DNA of 64,000 bases from Candidatus Bathyarchaeota archaeon. Its GTDB lineage: Archaea; Thermoproteota; Bathyarchaeia; Bathyarchaeales; Bathycorpusculaceae. Made by a program: the position numbers and the translations under genes. The stretch covers positions 64,001 through 128,000 of the forward strand of contig OY970176.1 of the NCBI GenBank assembly GCA_963707955.1, in the 5' to 3' direction. Below are positions 40,746 through 49,964 of the stretch, piece after piece. The notes under the pieces are model-generated. The model saw nothing but the letters and a program-made list of their open reading frames with translations. It ran no database searches and was not told the origin of the DNA. The stretch's first letter is position 1. Each line of letters opens with the position of its first letter.

Positions 40746-41766
40746 ATGAAGTTTTCATCATACATAGCGAGGAGAATTGTATACATTGTATTCAGTTTAT
40801 TCGGTTTGTCTGTGCTAGTTTTCGTGTTAGCGAGGGTGTTGCCAGGGGATGTGGCGCGAATGACTCTCGGACCGAGAGCCCCCCAATTTGCTGTTGACGC
40901 CCTGCGAAAGCAGCTGAGACTGGATGAACCTCTTCCCGTGCAATATTTTTACTGGTTGATTGACCTTTTTCACGGTAATTTGGGCTTCTCTACGTATACC
41001 CGGGGCAGTGTCACAGCAGTCTGTCTTGGAATACCTTCCTGTGTCGCTTGAGTTGATAACGCTGGCAGCGATATTCAATATTTTAGGAGCATTCCTTCTC
41101 GGCGTGATAGCCGGCAGATACTCCTTCAAGTGGCCTGACAACCTTGTCAGAATTGTTTCTTACGTTGGAATATCCGTTCCGGCTTTCGTGATGGCCATAA
41201 TACTCGAACTGCTTTTCGGTTGGTGGTTGCGTATCTTTCCTGTATCAGGAAACCTAAGCGTTGCTGCTCCTACAAGGATAACGGGGTTTGTTACAATTGA
41301 CTCTTTGATAACCGGGAGATTCGACGCATTCGTCGATGTCCTGTGGCACATGGTGTTGCCTGCGCTCGCGCTGTGCATAGGAGGAATGATGCAAGACGCG
41401 AGAATAATAAGGGCAGGCATGGTTGAAAACCAGGACAAGGACTACGTAACGATGGCGAAATGTGAAGGCTTACCCGAACGGCAAGTCATGTTCAAGTACC
41501 TCCTCAAACCGTCGGTCATACCGGCGATAACAGTTATGGGAATGGACATAGCCGCGCTACTTTCGAATGCCTTCCTTGTAGAGATGGTCTTCAATTGGCC
41601 TGGGTTCTCAAGGCTGGGCATCGCATTCATGTTGAACAAAGACCTCAATGGGATAGTCGCCCTTGTCTTAATAATAGGCATAATATATGCCGTAATAAAC
41701 GTCGTCACGGACATCATTGTTGCCTATCTAGATCCAAGAATCAGGCTGATGGAGAGGGGAGAGTAG
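40746..41766 (+). pseudogene. Peptide ABC permease (DppB-like), split by a +1 frameshift near 41001-41017
   Basis: N-part 40746 (LDEPLPVQY) and C-part (LEYLPVSLEL...DYVTMAKCEGL...LDPRIR) in different frames. Confidence 0.82.
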
Positions 41767-41767
41767 G

Positions 41768-42658
41768 TTGAGAGTGGATCTGCTTAACGTGCTGAAACAA
41801 CTGCCTCGAAGGTTGGATTTGAAACGCAGGTGGTACAGGTTCTCAAGAAGCCCCTTATCCATAATGGGACTAATAATCGCAGTCGGGTCCATCGCGATTG
41901 CCCTGTCTGCTCCCTTCATCGCTCCCGATCCGAAAAGCGCAGGTATGTATGTCAACCTTGATGCCCGCCTCCAACCTCCGAGCTGGAGCCATTTTTTCGG
42001 CACGGACGATTTGGGAAGGGACATTTTCAGCAGAACCCTTTTTGGGTTTCAGTATTCTCTTGTGATGGCCGCTGTTGTTATCGCCCTTGTGGCACCGCTA
42101 GGCATAGTTCTTGGTCTTGTCGCAGGCTACTATAGGGGGAAATGGCTTGACACGGTAATAATGAGAATAGCTGACATATTCATTGCTGTTCCCCCATTAG
42201 TCTTGGCCTTGGCAGTGGCTTCGCTGCTGACCCCAAGCGCGTTCAATGCAATGATGGCTGTTTCTTTGATGTGGTGGCCATGGTATACTCGTCTAACATA
42301 CAGCACTTCATCGGCGTTGAGGAATGAGTACTTCGTGCAGGCGGCGGAGGTCATGGGCGCCAGCCCAGGCCACATAATGTTCAGCGAAATCCTTCCAAAC
42401 TGCCTTGGCCCTATTCTGACAAAACTAACACTTGACGTGGGCTGGGTGATACTGCTGGGGTCGGCACTGAACTTCGTAGGGCTTGGCGCACAGGACCCGA
42501 CTGCTGATCTTGGAACAATGGTCTCCAAAGGAGCACAGTACATGCCTCAATATTGGTGGTTGACCATTTTTCCGGCGCTTGCGATAGTCTTCATAATCCT
42601 AGGATTCAACCTGTTAGGTGACGGCATCCGAGACATGTTCACGGAAGAGTCGAGGTAG
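41768..42658 (+). CDS. Peptide ABC permease (DppC-like)
   Basis: HFFGTDDLGRDIFSR, EILPN, GFNLLGDGIRD. Confidence 0.93.
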   Translation: MRVDLLNVLKQLPRRLDLKRRWYRFSRSPLSIMGLIIAVGSIAIALSAPFIAPDPKSAGMYVNLDARLQPPSWSHFFGTDDLGRDIFSRTLFGFQYSLVMAAVVIALVAPLGIVLGLVAGYYRGKWLDTVIMRIADIFIAVPPLVLALAVASLLTPSAFNAMMAVSLMWWPWYTRLTYSTSSALRNEYFVQAAEVMGASPGHIMFSEILPNCLGPILTKLTLDVGWVILLGSALNFVGLGAQDPTADLGTMVSKGAQYMPQYWWLTIFPALAIVFIILGFNLLGDGIRDMFTEESR

Positions 42659-42662
42659 CAAA

Positions 42663-43640
42663 ATGGAACTGTTAGACATCAAAGACCTCATCGTCGGCTA
42701 CAATACATACAGAGGTAAACTAAAGGTATTGAACGGCGTACACTTGACAGTGAATGAGGGAGAAAAGGTTGGGGTAATAGGCGAGTCGGGCTGCGGAAAG
42801 ACCACCACCATGAGGACAATTCTGAGAATCCTAGCTAACAACGCTGTTGTCGACTCGGGCGAGATTCTCTTCAAGGGTGAAGATCTGCTTAAGATGAGTA
42901 ACAAAGAAATGACCGATGTAAGAAGAAAGCACATAACCATGATATTTCAAGATCCGACGGCGGCTCTCAACCCAGTGTTTAAAGTTGAAACACAGTTGAT
43001 GGACGTCATCAGGTATTCAGGAACGATAAAGGACGAGAAGGTTACGAAGGAGAAGCTCATGGCCAAGTCTCTGTTACTACTCAAAGAGGTGGCGCTACCA
43101 GATCCGGAAAGAGTGTTGGATAACTTCCCATTCCAACTGAGCGGAGGCATGAAACAGAGAATCTGCATCGCAATGTCATTGGCTACGTCTGGCGATCTTC
43201 TGATAGCCGACGAGCCCACAACAAGTCTTGACGTGACAATACAGGATCAGGTTTTTCGGCTCATGAAGAGCCTCGTGGAGAAGAGGAATCTGTCGGTCAT
43301 TCTGATATCTCACGCGCTCGGCGCCGTACGAGGAACCGTCAACAGGGTCTATGTGATGTACGCTGGAGACATGATTGAAACTGCAGAAACTGAGGAGTTA
43401 TTCACAAACCCGTGGCACCCCTACACACAAGAACTCATAAAATCCGTTCCGAAACTGACGGGAACTGGCTTTTCAGAAGGCATAAAAGGCAGGATTCCAG
43501 ACTACATGAACCCTCCGCCCGGGTGCAGGTTCAATCCCCGCTGTCCCTACGCACTTGACAGGTGTCTAAAGGAGAAGACACAGCTCTTGGGCGAAAGCGG
43601 CGGACACCAAGCAGCTTGCTGGCTGTACGACAAGAGGTGA
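42663..43640 (+). CDS. Peptide ABC ATPase (DppD-like)
   Basis: GESGCGKT, LSGGMKQR, ADEPTT, GCRFNPRC. Confidence 0.93.
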   Translation: MELLDIKDLIVGYNTYRGKLKVLNGVHLTVNEGEKVGVIGESGCGKTTTMRTILRILANNAVVDSGEILFKGEDLLKMSNKEMTDVRRKHITMIFQDPTAALNPVFKVETQLMDVIRYSGTIKDEKVTKEKLMAKSLLLLKEVALPDPERVLDNFPFQLSGGMKQRICIAMSLATSGDLLIADEPTTSLDVTIQDQVFRLMKSLVEKRNLSVILISHALGAVRGTVNRVYVMYAGDMIETAETEELFTNPWHPYTQELIKSVPKLTGTGFSEGIKGRIPDYMNPPPGCRFNPRCPYALDRCLKEKTQLLGESGGHQAACWLYDKR

Positions 43641-43645
43641 ACTCA

Positions 43646-44617
43646 ATGGAAAGAAAAGAAGACTTACTCGTCGTACAAGACTTGACTAAACACTTCAAAA
43701 CTCCTCACGGCGTCGTCAGAGCAATTGACGGTATAAACTTCAATATTAAGCTAGGCGAAACCTTTGGCCTGGTAGGAGAATCGGGCTCTGGCAAAAGCAC
43801 AACGGGCTATGTAATAATGGGAATCTACACACCGACATCGGGCAAGATACTTTTCAAGGGCAATGACATTTCGGTGCACGTAAAGCAGCGCCCCAAAAGC
43901 GTCAAAAAAGAGATGGCAATAGTCTTCCAAGATCCAGCCTCATCACTGAACTCCACGAAAACCGTCAAAGACATAGTCGGCTTGCCCCTGAAAGTGCACA
44001 AAATGGTCAAGAATGACGAAGAATTGAATAAAAGAGTGACCGAGCTCTGTGAGGCTGTTGAGCTGCCCGCTGAAGATTTCATGTATCGACGACCGAGAGA
44101 TCTCGGAGGCGGTGAAAAACAGGCCGTCGCCGTCGCGCGTGCCATTGCCACAAACCCATCATTCATAGTTCTAGACGAACCCACATCAGCATTGGACGTT
44201 TCAATTCAGGCAAAAATCATGAAGGTCCTGATGAAGCTGCAACAGGAGCTCAACCTGTCCTACTTGTTCATAACCCACGACCTGAGCCTCATGAGAAACG
44301 TGTCCTCCAGAGTGGCAATAATGTATCTGGCAGAGATCGTCGAGTATGCACCTACACCAATCTTCTTCAAAAACCCCGTGCACCCCTACACTCAGATGCT
44401 GCTCTCTTCCGTGCCAGTAATGACAAAAGAGGAGGAGAAGCTCAAACCCAAGGGAGTGACATCAAAAGGCGAAGTCCCCAGCGCCATTAACCCACCGCCA
44501 GGCTGCCGCTTCCACACCAGATGCTCCCTTGCCAATGCGACGTGCAAGACAAAAGAACCTGCCTTCGTGATGGTAGAACCTGAGCACTTCGTAGCATGCC
44601 ACATGGTGGCAAAGTAA
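43646..44617 (+). CDS. Peptide ABC ATPase (DppF-like)
   Basis: [27 protein letters not shown]. Confidence 0.93.
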   Translation: MERKEDLLVVQDLTKHFKTPHGVVRAIDGINFNIKLGETFGLVGESGSGKSTTGYVIMGIYTPTSGKILFKGNDISVHVKQRPKSVKKEMAIVFQDPASSLNSTKTVKDIVGLPLKVHKMVKNDEELNKRVTELCEAVELPAEDFMYRRPRDLGGGEKQAVAVARAIATNPSFIVLDEPTSALDVSIQAKIMKVLMKLQQELNLSYLFITHDLSLMRNVSSRVAIMYLAEIVEYAPTPIFFKNPVHPYTQMLLSSVPVMTKEEEKLKPKGVTSKGEVPSAINPPPGCRFHTRCSLANATCKTKEPAFVMVEPEHFVACHMVAK

Positions 44618-44650
44618 ACCGTCGTGCGCGCTAACGCACGTGGTCTCTGG

Positions 44651-45844
44651 TTACGAACCGGTTTCTTTCAGCATCAAGCCGCAGACTGCCTCGGCACCGG
44701 TGAAGGCGGTGCACATGATGACTGCTGGCGTGAAGGATCCGGTGGCCGTGGAGAGATAGCCCGCCAACCAGGGAGCGATAATGGCTCCGATGTATCCTCC
44801 GACGAGTGTTAGCCCGCCTGCAGTTGCTGAGTATGACGCTCCCATGAGCTCAACAGGCATCGCTAGGATTATGGGTGCCATGCTTCCGATGAGGAAACCA
44901 TAAACTATCGCTGATGTCCACAGTGGAAGGCCTAGGGTTGTTCCGGTGAAATAGAGTGCGACTGCAGCGGCGATGGACGTAACCCATATGAAGGGTTTCC
45001 TTATGTGCACGCGGTCAGAGATCATGGGCGTGATGAAACTGCCCGGAACCATACACAACATTATCATCAATGTTACGAGTCCCGCAGCAGTCCCATCCAT
45101 TCCCTTCTGTGTTAATATTAGTTGAAGAAATCCGAACAGGCCAATTTGAGGTGCGAGGAGAAATAGACATGTAATCATCACTATCCACATCTGCTTGCTT
45201 CTAAGCACAACGAAAAGAGACTTTTTGAAAGGAACCCCCTGCTCTTCGCTGGAGAGCATATTCTCATCGGTCCTCAAATTGACTGGTCTTTCCTTTGCTA
45301 ACAATATCCACACTAGGGTCATAGCCAAAGCAAGAATGCCGACGGCGAAGAAAACGCCTTGCCAAGATCCAGTGAGAGGAAGCAGCACGACTGGAGTCAA
45401 TACGAAAGAGGATGCCATGCCGACCTCCATACCCGTGAATATGATGCCGCTGGCTAACGCGTATTGTTTGTATGGGAACCATACGCCCGTCACTTTGGGC
45501 ATGTTCGGGTAGGCAATAGCGTAGCCTGACCCGCACAAAAACATCGTTGTCGCCAGCATGGGGAAACTTGTCGCGAACGCCCTTAGAAGCCCAAAGACAC
45601 CCATTATCAGTCCGCCCATTAGGACGGTTCGTCTAACGCCGAATCGGTCTGCAAACAGACCTGTTGGAATGCAGAGTATAACCAGGGCTAGTGGAACTAG
45701 CGCTAGTAGGAACCCATATTGCGCATCAGTTATGCCTAGCGTCTTCTCTATTGGCGTGATGCAGAACCAAGAAAGTCCCAGAGAGAACATCATCAGCCAT
45801 GTCAGGGCTACCATCGCCCATCGATAAGACGAAACTTCAGTCAT
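44651..45844 (-). CDS. MFS transporter
   Basis: About 12 TM segments, GLFADRFGVRR motif A. Confidence 0.9.
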   Translation of the reverse strand: MTEVSSYRWAMVALTWLMMFSLGLSWFCITPIEKTLGITDAQYGFLLALVPLALVILCIPTGLFADRFGVRRTVLMGGLIMGVFGLLRAFATSFPMLATTMFLCGSGYAIAYPNMPKVTGVWFPYKQYALASGIIFTGMEVGMASSFVLTPVVLLPLTGSWQGVFFAVGILALAMTLVWILLAKERPVNLRTDENMLSSEEQGVPFKKSLFVVLRSKQMWIVMITCLFLLAPQIGLFGFLQLILTQKGMDGTAAGLVTLMIMLCMVPGSFITPMISDRVHIRKPFIWVTSIAAAVALYFTGTTLGLPLWTSAIVYGFLIGSMAPIILAMPVELMGASYSATAGGLTLVGGYIGAIIAPWLAGYLSTATGSFTPAVIMCTAFTGAEAVCGLMLKETGS

Positions 45845-45867
45845 CTTTTGCCTTCCAATTCGGTGAG

Positions 45868-46197
45868 CTAGCTTTCACGTTGTTTTGAGTCCAAGTATCT
45901 TGCTTTGAGTTCTCTTGCAAACTCCTCAACTATTTCGTCGATGGCTTTCTTGAAGCCTTCCACATCATACATAACAAGAAACTTCTTCTTATCCACTATG
46001 GCCTTTATCCCCTTCAAAAACGGGTCAGGAGCCAATCCTGTGACGTAATTCGGAAGCTCGGCTAGCTTGCTCAAGGCGTCAAGAAGCCTGAAAGGTCCGT
46101 AGAGCGGCGGCTCATTCAGACAGCCCTGCGCACTCGTTGCCAGAAAGACGGCTATTTCCAGTAAATAGTCATTTCCAGTAGCTTTCTTCTCGGACAT
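45868..46197 (-). CDS. Small helical protein (DUF6092-like)
   Basis: SAQGCLNEPPLYGPFRLLDALSKL motif. Confidence 0.7.
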   Translation of the reverse strand: MSEKKATGNDYLLEIAVFLATSAQGCLNEPPLYGPFRLLDALSKLAELPNYVTGLAPDPFLKGIKAIVDKKKFLVMYDVEGFKKAIDEIVEEFARELKARYLDSKQRES

Positions 46198-46203
46198 TTC
46201 TCA

Positions 46204-46752
46204 TCAGTCCAGACTAGTTGGAAACTTGCGACCATACTTGTTCAGAAAAGCGATCTCCCTCAACGGAATCCGCGCGGGCGGCTTTGGAGCCTGTGCTGCA
46301 TAGCCAACTACCACCAAAAGCTCAGGCTCTACACCGTCAGGAATTTCAAGCATTTCTTTCACGGCGAATCGGGAAAAAGATTTCACTACGCACGTTCCCA
46401 AGCCAAGCGCGTGGGCTGCCAAAAGCATGTTTTCAACAGCCATCGAACAGTCTGCCACTGACATGTAATCCCTTCCCAGGGTTCCACCGTCCCTGTACTC
46501 TTTCTCCCTGTCTGAACAGACAAGTATTGCTAGCGGGGTTTCTCCAAGGTAGCCGGGCGACATTTTTCGAATAACCTCAAGAAGATTCCTATCGCTTACC
46601 ACGATGAATTTCCAAGGTTGAATGTTGCTTCCCGAAGGAGCCCAACGTGCTGCATCCAGTATTTTCTCTATAAACTTTTCAGGCACAGGATTCGCCTTAT
46701 ACCGGCGAACGCTTCTCCGACCAAGAATAGCTTCAAAAACATCCATTTTCAT
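46204..46752 (-). CDS. Nitroreductase family protein
   Basis: RRSVRRY, APSGSNIQPW, LAAHALGLGTC. Confidence 0.93.
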   Translation of the reverse strand: MKMDVFEAILGRRSVRRYKANPVPEKFIEKILDAARWAPSGSNIQPWKFIVVSDRNLLEVIRKMSPGYLGETPLAILVCSDREKEYRDGGTLGRDYMSVADCSMAVENMLLAAHALGLGTCVVKSFSRFAVKEMLEIPDGVEPELLVVVGYAAQAPKPPARIPLREIAFLNKYGRKFPTSLD

Positions 46753-46836
46753 CCATCCGCTTCTGGCATGTGAGTTCTTCAGAAAGTCTTATATTAATTT
46801 TCCAAAGAATACTGGTAATCTGAAAGGTGAAAGAAA

Positions 46837-47883
46837 ATGCCACAGTTTTACGAATACGAGTTGACAAGAGCAGCGCACAAGCTGGTCGCTGAAATGTTCA
46901 AGTTGAAGAAGGACGAAACCTTTGTGATAACTGCGGACACCGAATCAGACCCTCGGGTGGTTGAGGCAACCGCTGGGGCAGCATTCGCTGTCGGAGCCAA
47001 ACCCATGGTCATTTGGACGGCGTCACCCTTGGGCGTAGGCAAAGCGGCAGACCCGATGCTCCCAGTAGAAGCGTTGACGGTTGCGTTGAACAAGGCTGAC
47101 GCGTGGGTTGAATACAACAACGAGTGGCTCCTGTACTCAACGCCGTACGAAAGGGCAATGAAGGAAAACAAGAAGCTCAGGCATATGTGCTTGGTCGGCA
47201 TGAACGTTGACATGATGGTCAGAGTCATTGCGAGAGTCGACCTGCCCACGTTAGGCAAGTTCCAAGACAAGCTGATCGCTCTGACAAAGGCTGCCAAACA
47301 CGTCAAAATGACGACACCTGCAGGAGAAAACATTGAATTTAGCAATGACCCCAAGAGACCGATGATATGCGAAGTCGGATACGCTGACACGCCAGGATCC
47401 CACATGCTCGGTGGCCAAATAGGCTGGTCGCCGATCTTCAAATCTATCAACGGGGTCATAGCCTTCGACGGCTCAGTCGTGCCCCCAATCGGCCTAACAA
47501 AGGCTCCCATAAAACTTCACGTCAAAGAAGGAAACATTGTCAAAATAGAAGGCGGAAAAGACGCACAGACCTTCGAAGCTTGGCTAAAGAGCTTCAAGAG
47601 TCCACTAATGCTACGAATAGCTCACGTCTGCTACGGGGTCAACCCAGGTGCCAAGCTGACTGGAAACATAGTTGAAGACGAGAGAGTCTGGGGAGGCACC
47701 GAATGGGGAATAGGCTACGTTGGTCAAATGCTGACGGGCGGCGAACCGATTCAGGCGCCCTCTCACACGGACGGCATATGCTTGAACACCTCAGTTTGGC
47801 TCGACGGTAAACAGATCTTTGACAAGGGCATGGTAGTTCACCCAGAGCTCGCCAAACTTGCAAAGAAACTCGGGAAATCCTAG
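46837..47883 (+). CDS. M29/leucyl aminopeptidase-like (NicX-like) metalloprotein
   Basis: IAHVCYGVNP, VEDERVWG, SHTDG. Confidence 0.8.
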   Translation: MPQFYEYELTRAAHKLVAEMFKLKKDETFVITADTESDPRVVEATAGAAFAVGAKPMVIWTASPLGVGKAADPMLPVEALTVALNKADAWVEYNNEWLLYSTPYERAMKENKKLRHMCLVGMNVDMMVRVIARVDLPTLGKFQDKLIALTKAAKHVKMTTPAGENIEFSNDPKRPMICEVGYADTPGSHMLGGQIGWSPIFKSINGVIAFDGSVVPPIGLTKAPIKLHVKEGNIVKIEGGKDAQTFEAWLKSFKSPLMLRIAHVCYGVNPGAKLTGNIVEDERVWGGTEWGIGYVGQMLTGGEPIQAPSHTDGICLNTSVWLDGKQIFDKGMVVHPELAKLAKKLGKS

Positions 47884-47912
47884 TTCCTTTCCGTTTTCAT
47901 GGTCTGCAAACG

Positions 47913-48962
47913 GTGAGATGTATGATTGACAAGAAGAAATTGGCTGATGGCGCTGTGAACATGCTCAAAGTGAACATGGGACTCAAGAGAGGCGAAAAAC
48001 TCCTGGTCGTCACAGACATCCCGACAGTTGCGGAGTGGGAATCAAAAGACAGCGCCAAGTTGACAGAGGCATTGGAAAGATCGCTTCTAGCCAAAACAGT
48101 GAGCGAAATCGCTGGTGAAAAGTTTCCAGACTGCAAAGTTGAGTTCTACGTTTATCCGTCCATAGGTAAACACGGCACGTACCCGGGAAAAGAAGTTGAA
48201 GAAAAAATGAAAGCCGCTGATGTGGACATTGCAATAACCACTTACTCGCTGACACACACCGACGCTCGGGTAAACTCCTGCAAAGCAGGCGCTCGAGTTG
48301 CAAGCATGCCCATGTTTGTTGCAGAAATGTTCTATACCGGCGGACCGATGGCATCCGATTATCGTGAAATAGACAAAGAAACGAAGAAAATCGCGAACCT
48401 AATCACAGGAACTAACGAAGCGAAAGTAACGTCTCCAGGAGGGACAGACATCACTTTCAGTTTGAAAGGCAGAAAAGGAATGGTTGACGCTGGAATCTTC
48501 ACTGAGAAAGGCTCTTGGGGCAACCTTCCGTCAGGAGAAGCCTACTGCGCGCCCGTCGAAGGATCCGCCAACGGTAGGCTCGTCGTAGAAGCCAACTGGT
48601 ACCCAGACCTCAAGGAAAAGATGACGCTGAAATTCCAGAACGGTTACGTCACCGAGATAATTGGCGGGGGAAAAATCGGCGACGAATACAGAGGCCTACT
48701 CGACTTTAGCAAAAAAGCAGAACCCTACACTTCCAGAAGGAACCTCGCAGAGCTTGGGATAGGAACAAACCCAAATGCGAAACGGCCTGACAACATTTTA
48801 GAATCCGAAAAGATCAAGGGAACCGTTCACTTAGCCATCGGCGATAACTCTCACATGGGAGGCAAAGTGTCCGCAGACCTGCATCAGGACTTCATTATTC
48901 CAAAGCCCACATGGATGCTCGACGGAAAAGCCATGATGAAAGATGGGAAACTCGTAATATAA
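47913..48962 (+). CDS. M29 aminopeptidase-like protein
   Basis: NLPSGEAY, LAELGIGTNP, LESEKIKGTVHLAIG, LHQD. Confidence 0.85.
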   Translation: MRCMIDKKKLADGAVNMLKVNMGLKRGEKLLVVTDIPTVAEWESKDSAKLTEALERSLLAKTVSEIAGEKFPDCKVEFYVYPSIGKHGTYPGKEVEEKMKAADVDIAITTYSLTHTDARVNSCKAGARVASMPMFVAEMFYTGGPMASDYREIDKETKKIANLITGTNEAKVTSPGGTDITFSLKGRKGMVDAGIFTEKGSWGNLPSGEAYCAPVEGSANGRLVVEANWYPDLKEKMTLKFQNGYVTEIIGGGKIGDEYRGLLDFSKKAEPYTSRRNLAELGIGTNPNAKRPDNILESEKIKGTVHLAIGDNSHMGGKVSADLHQDFIIPKPTWMLDGKAMMKDGKLVI

Positions 48963-49377
48963 AGCGAACTTCATTCTCCATTTCTTTTTCAATTCTGAAT
49001 TCTGTTCCTCATCAGCTTTTTCCAAGTTCTTATGAAAAAATGTCGCCATATCCCAACTGGAAATCATTTTTCATCTCACCCTCTATGATTCTCTGTAACG
49101 AGAAATCATCCGAATCCGTTCGCGCGCACGTGAAACTGGCTTCGTTGAGAATGAGGGGTTTGACATTGCGGAAGTTTGAGAGGATTTATCGTAAGCTTCT
49201 CCTGCTTAGCCTACGTGGAGTTTCGTTGGCGCGTCAGAAAGGCGTTGCCTCAGAGTGCGCGGTTTCGTTTGGTTTGGTTGATAAGACCTTGCGAAAGCTT
49301 AAGCTCCCTCGGCACTCGCTTTGCCAACGAATTAAGGTTATATACTATTTCGTTTTTTGTTATTCTCGGTCGGGCAC

Positions 49378-49593
49378 CGGGCGGTAGCTCAGCCTGGCAG
49401 AGCTTCCGAGTCAGCATAGCGCCAAACACTGGCTGACGGAGACGCTGTAGAAGCCTACCAAAGGTGGGCATCACCCAGCCTACCAGGCTAACAGGCAGAA
49501 ACCGGATCGCCGCAGGAGAGTTGGAGTATTACCTTCAGCTCGGCGATTTCAAAATGAGGGTTTAGCTTCATGAAAGTCCTGCCCGCCCGACCA
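49378..49593 (+). tRNA. tRNA-Tyr(GTA) with four introns (30/31, 37/38, 53/54, 59/60), encoded CCA
   Basis: Exons 49378-49408, 49444-49450, 49501-49516, 49548-49553 and 49577-49593 join into a complete 77-nt cloverleaf with C1-G72, A73 and BHB-type junctions; TATA-like TTATATA near 49338. Confidence 0.88.
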
Positions 49594-49594
49594 A

Positions 49595-49925
49595 CACAAT
49601 CCATTAGACGTAGTAGGCGACGCAGACGCGGAACGTTATCGACTTGCATTAAACGCTGTTTCCTCGGATCCAAACGTTGGAATAATTCTGGTGATCGTAC
49701 TTCTTCAAACATCCTACATTGAGTCGGATGTGGTTGACGCAATAACTGAATCGCAAGTAACCTACGGCAAAGCCGTGATCGTATGCACTATAGGAGGAGA
49801 CTTCGCACAAACATTGGTCAAAATGTCAGAGGAAGACCGCATACCATCATACAAAAACCCCGGAGAGGGCAGTCAACGCGTTAAACGCGCTTATCAAATA
49901 CGGCAAAGCGCTGGAAGACAAATAA
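49595..49925 (+). pseudogene. C-terminal remnant of acetate/acyl-CoA ligase (ADP-forming) alpha subunit
   Basis: HNPLDVVGDADAERY...IPSYK/PERAVNAL; lacks the N-terminus; frameshift near 49852-49861. Confidence 0.75.
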
Positions 49926-49964
49926 AAGAGAAAGATCGGGGCACACTGAAATTAACCCCACAAC

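Noticed and set aside
49378-49408. Split (trans-spliced) tRNA half or tRNA fragment att site
   Set aside because: All remaining exons are present in cis and in order within 216 bp.
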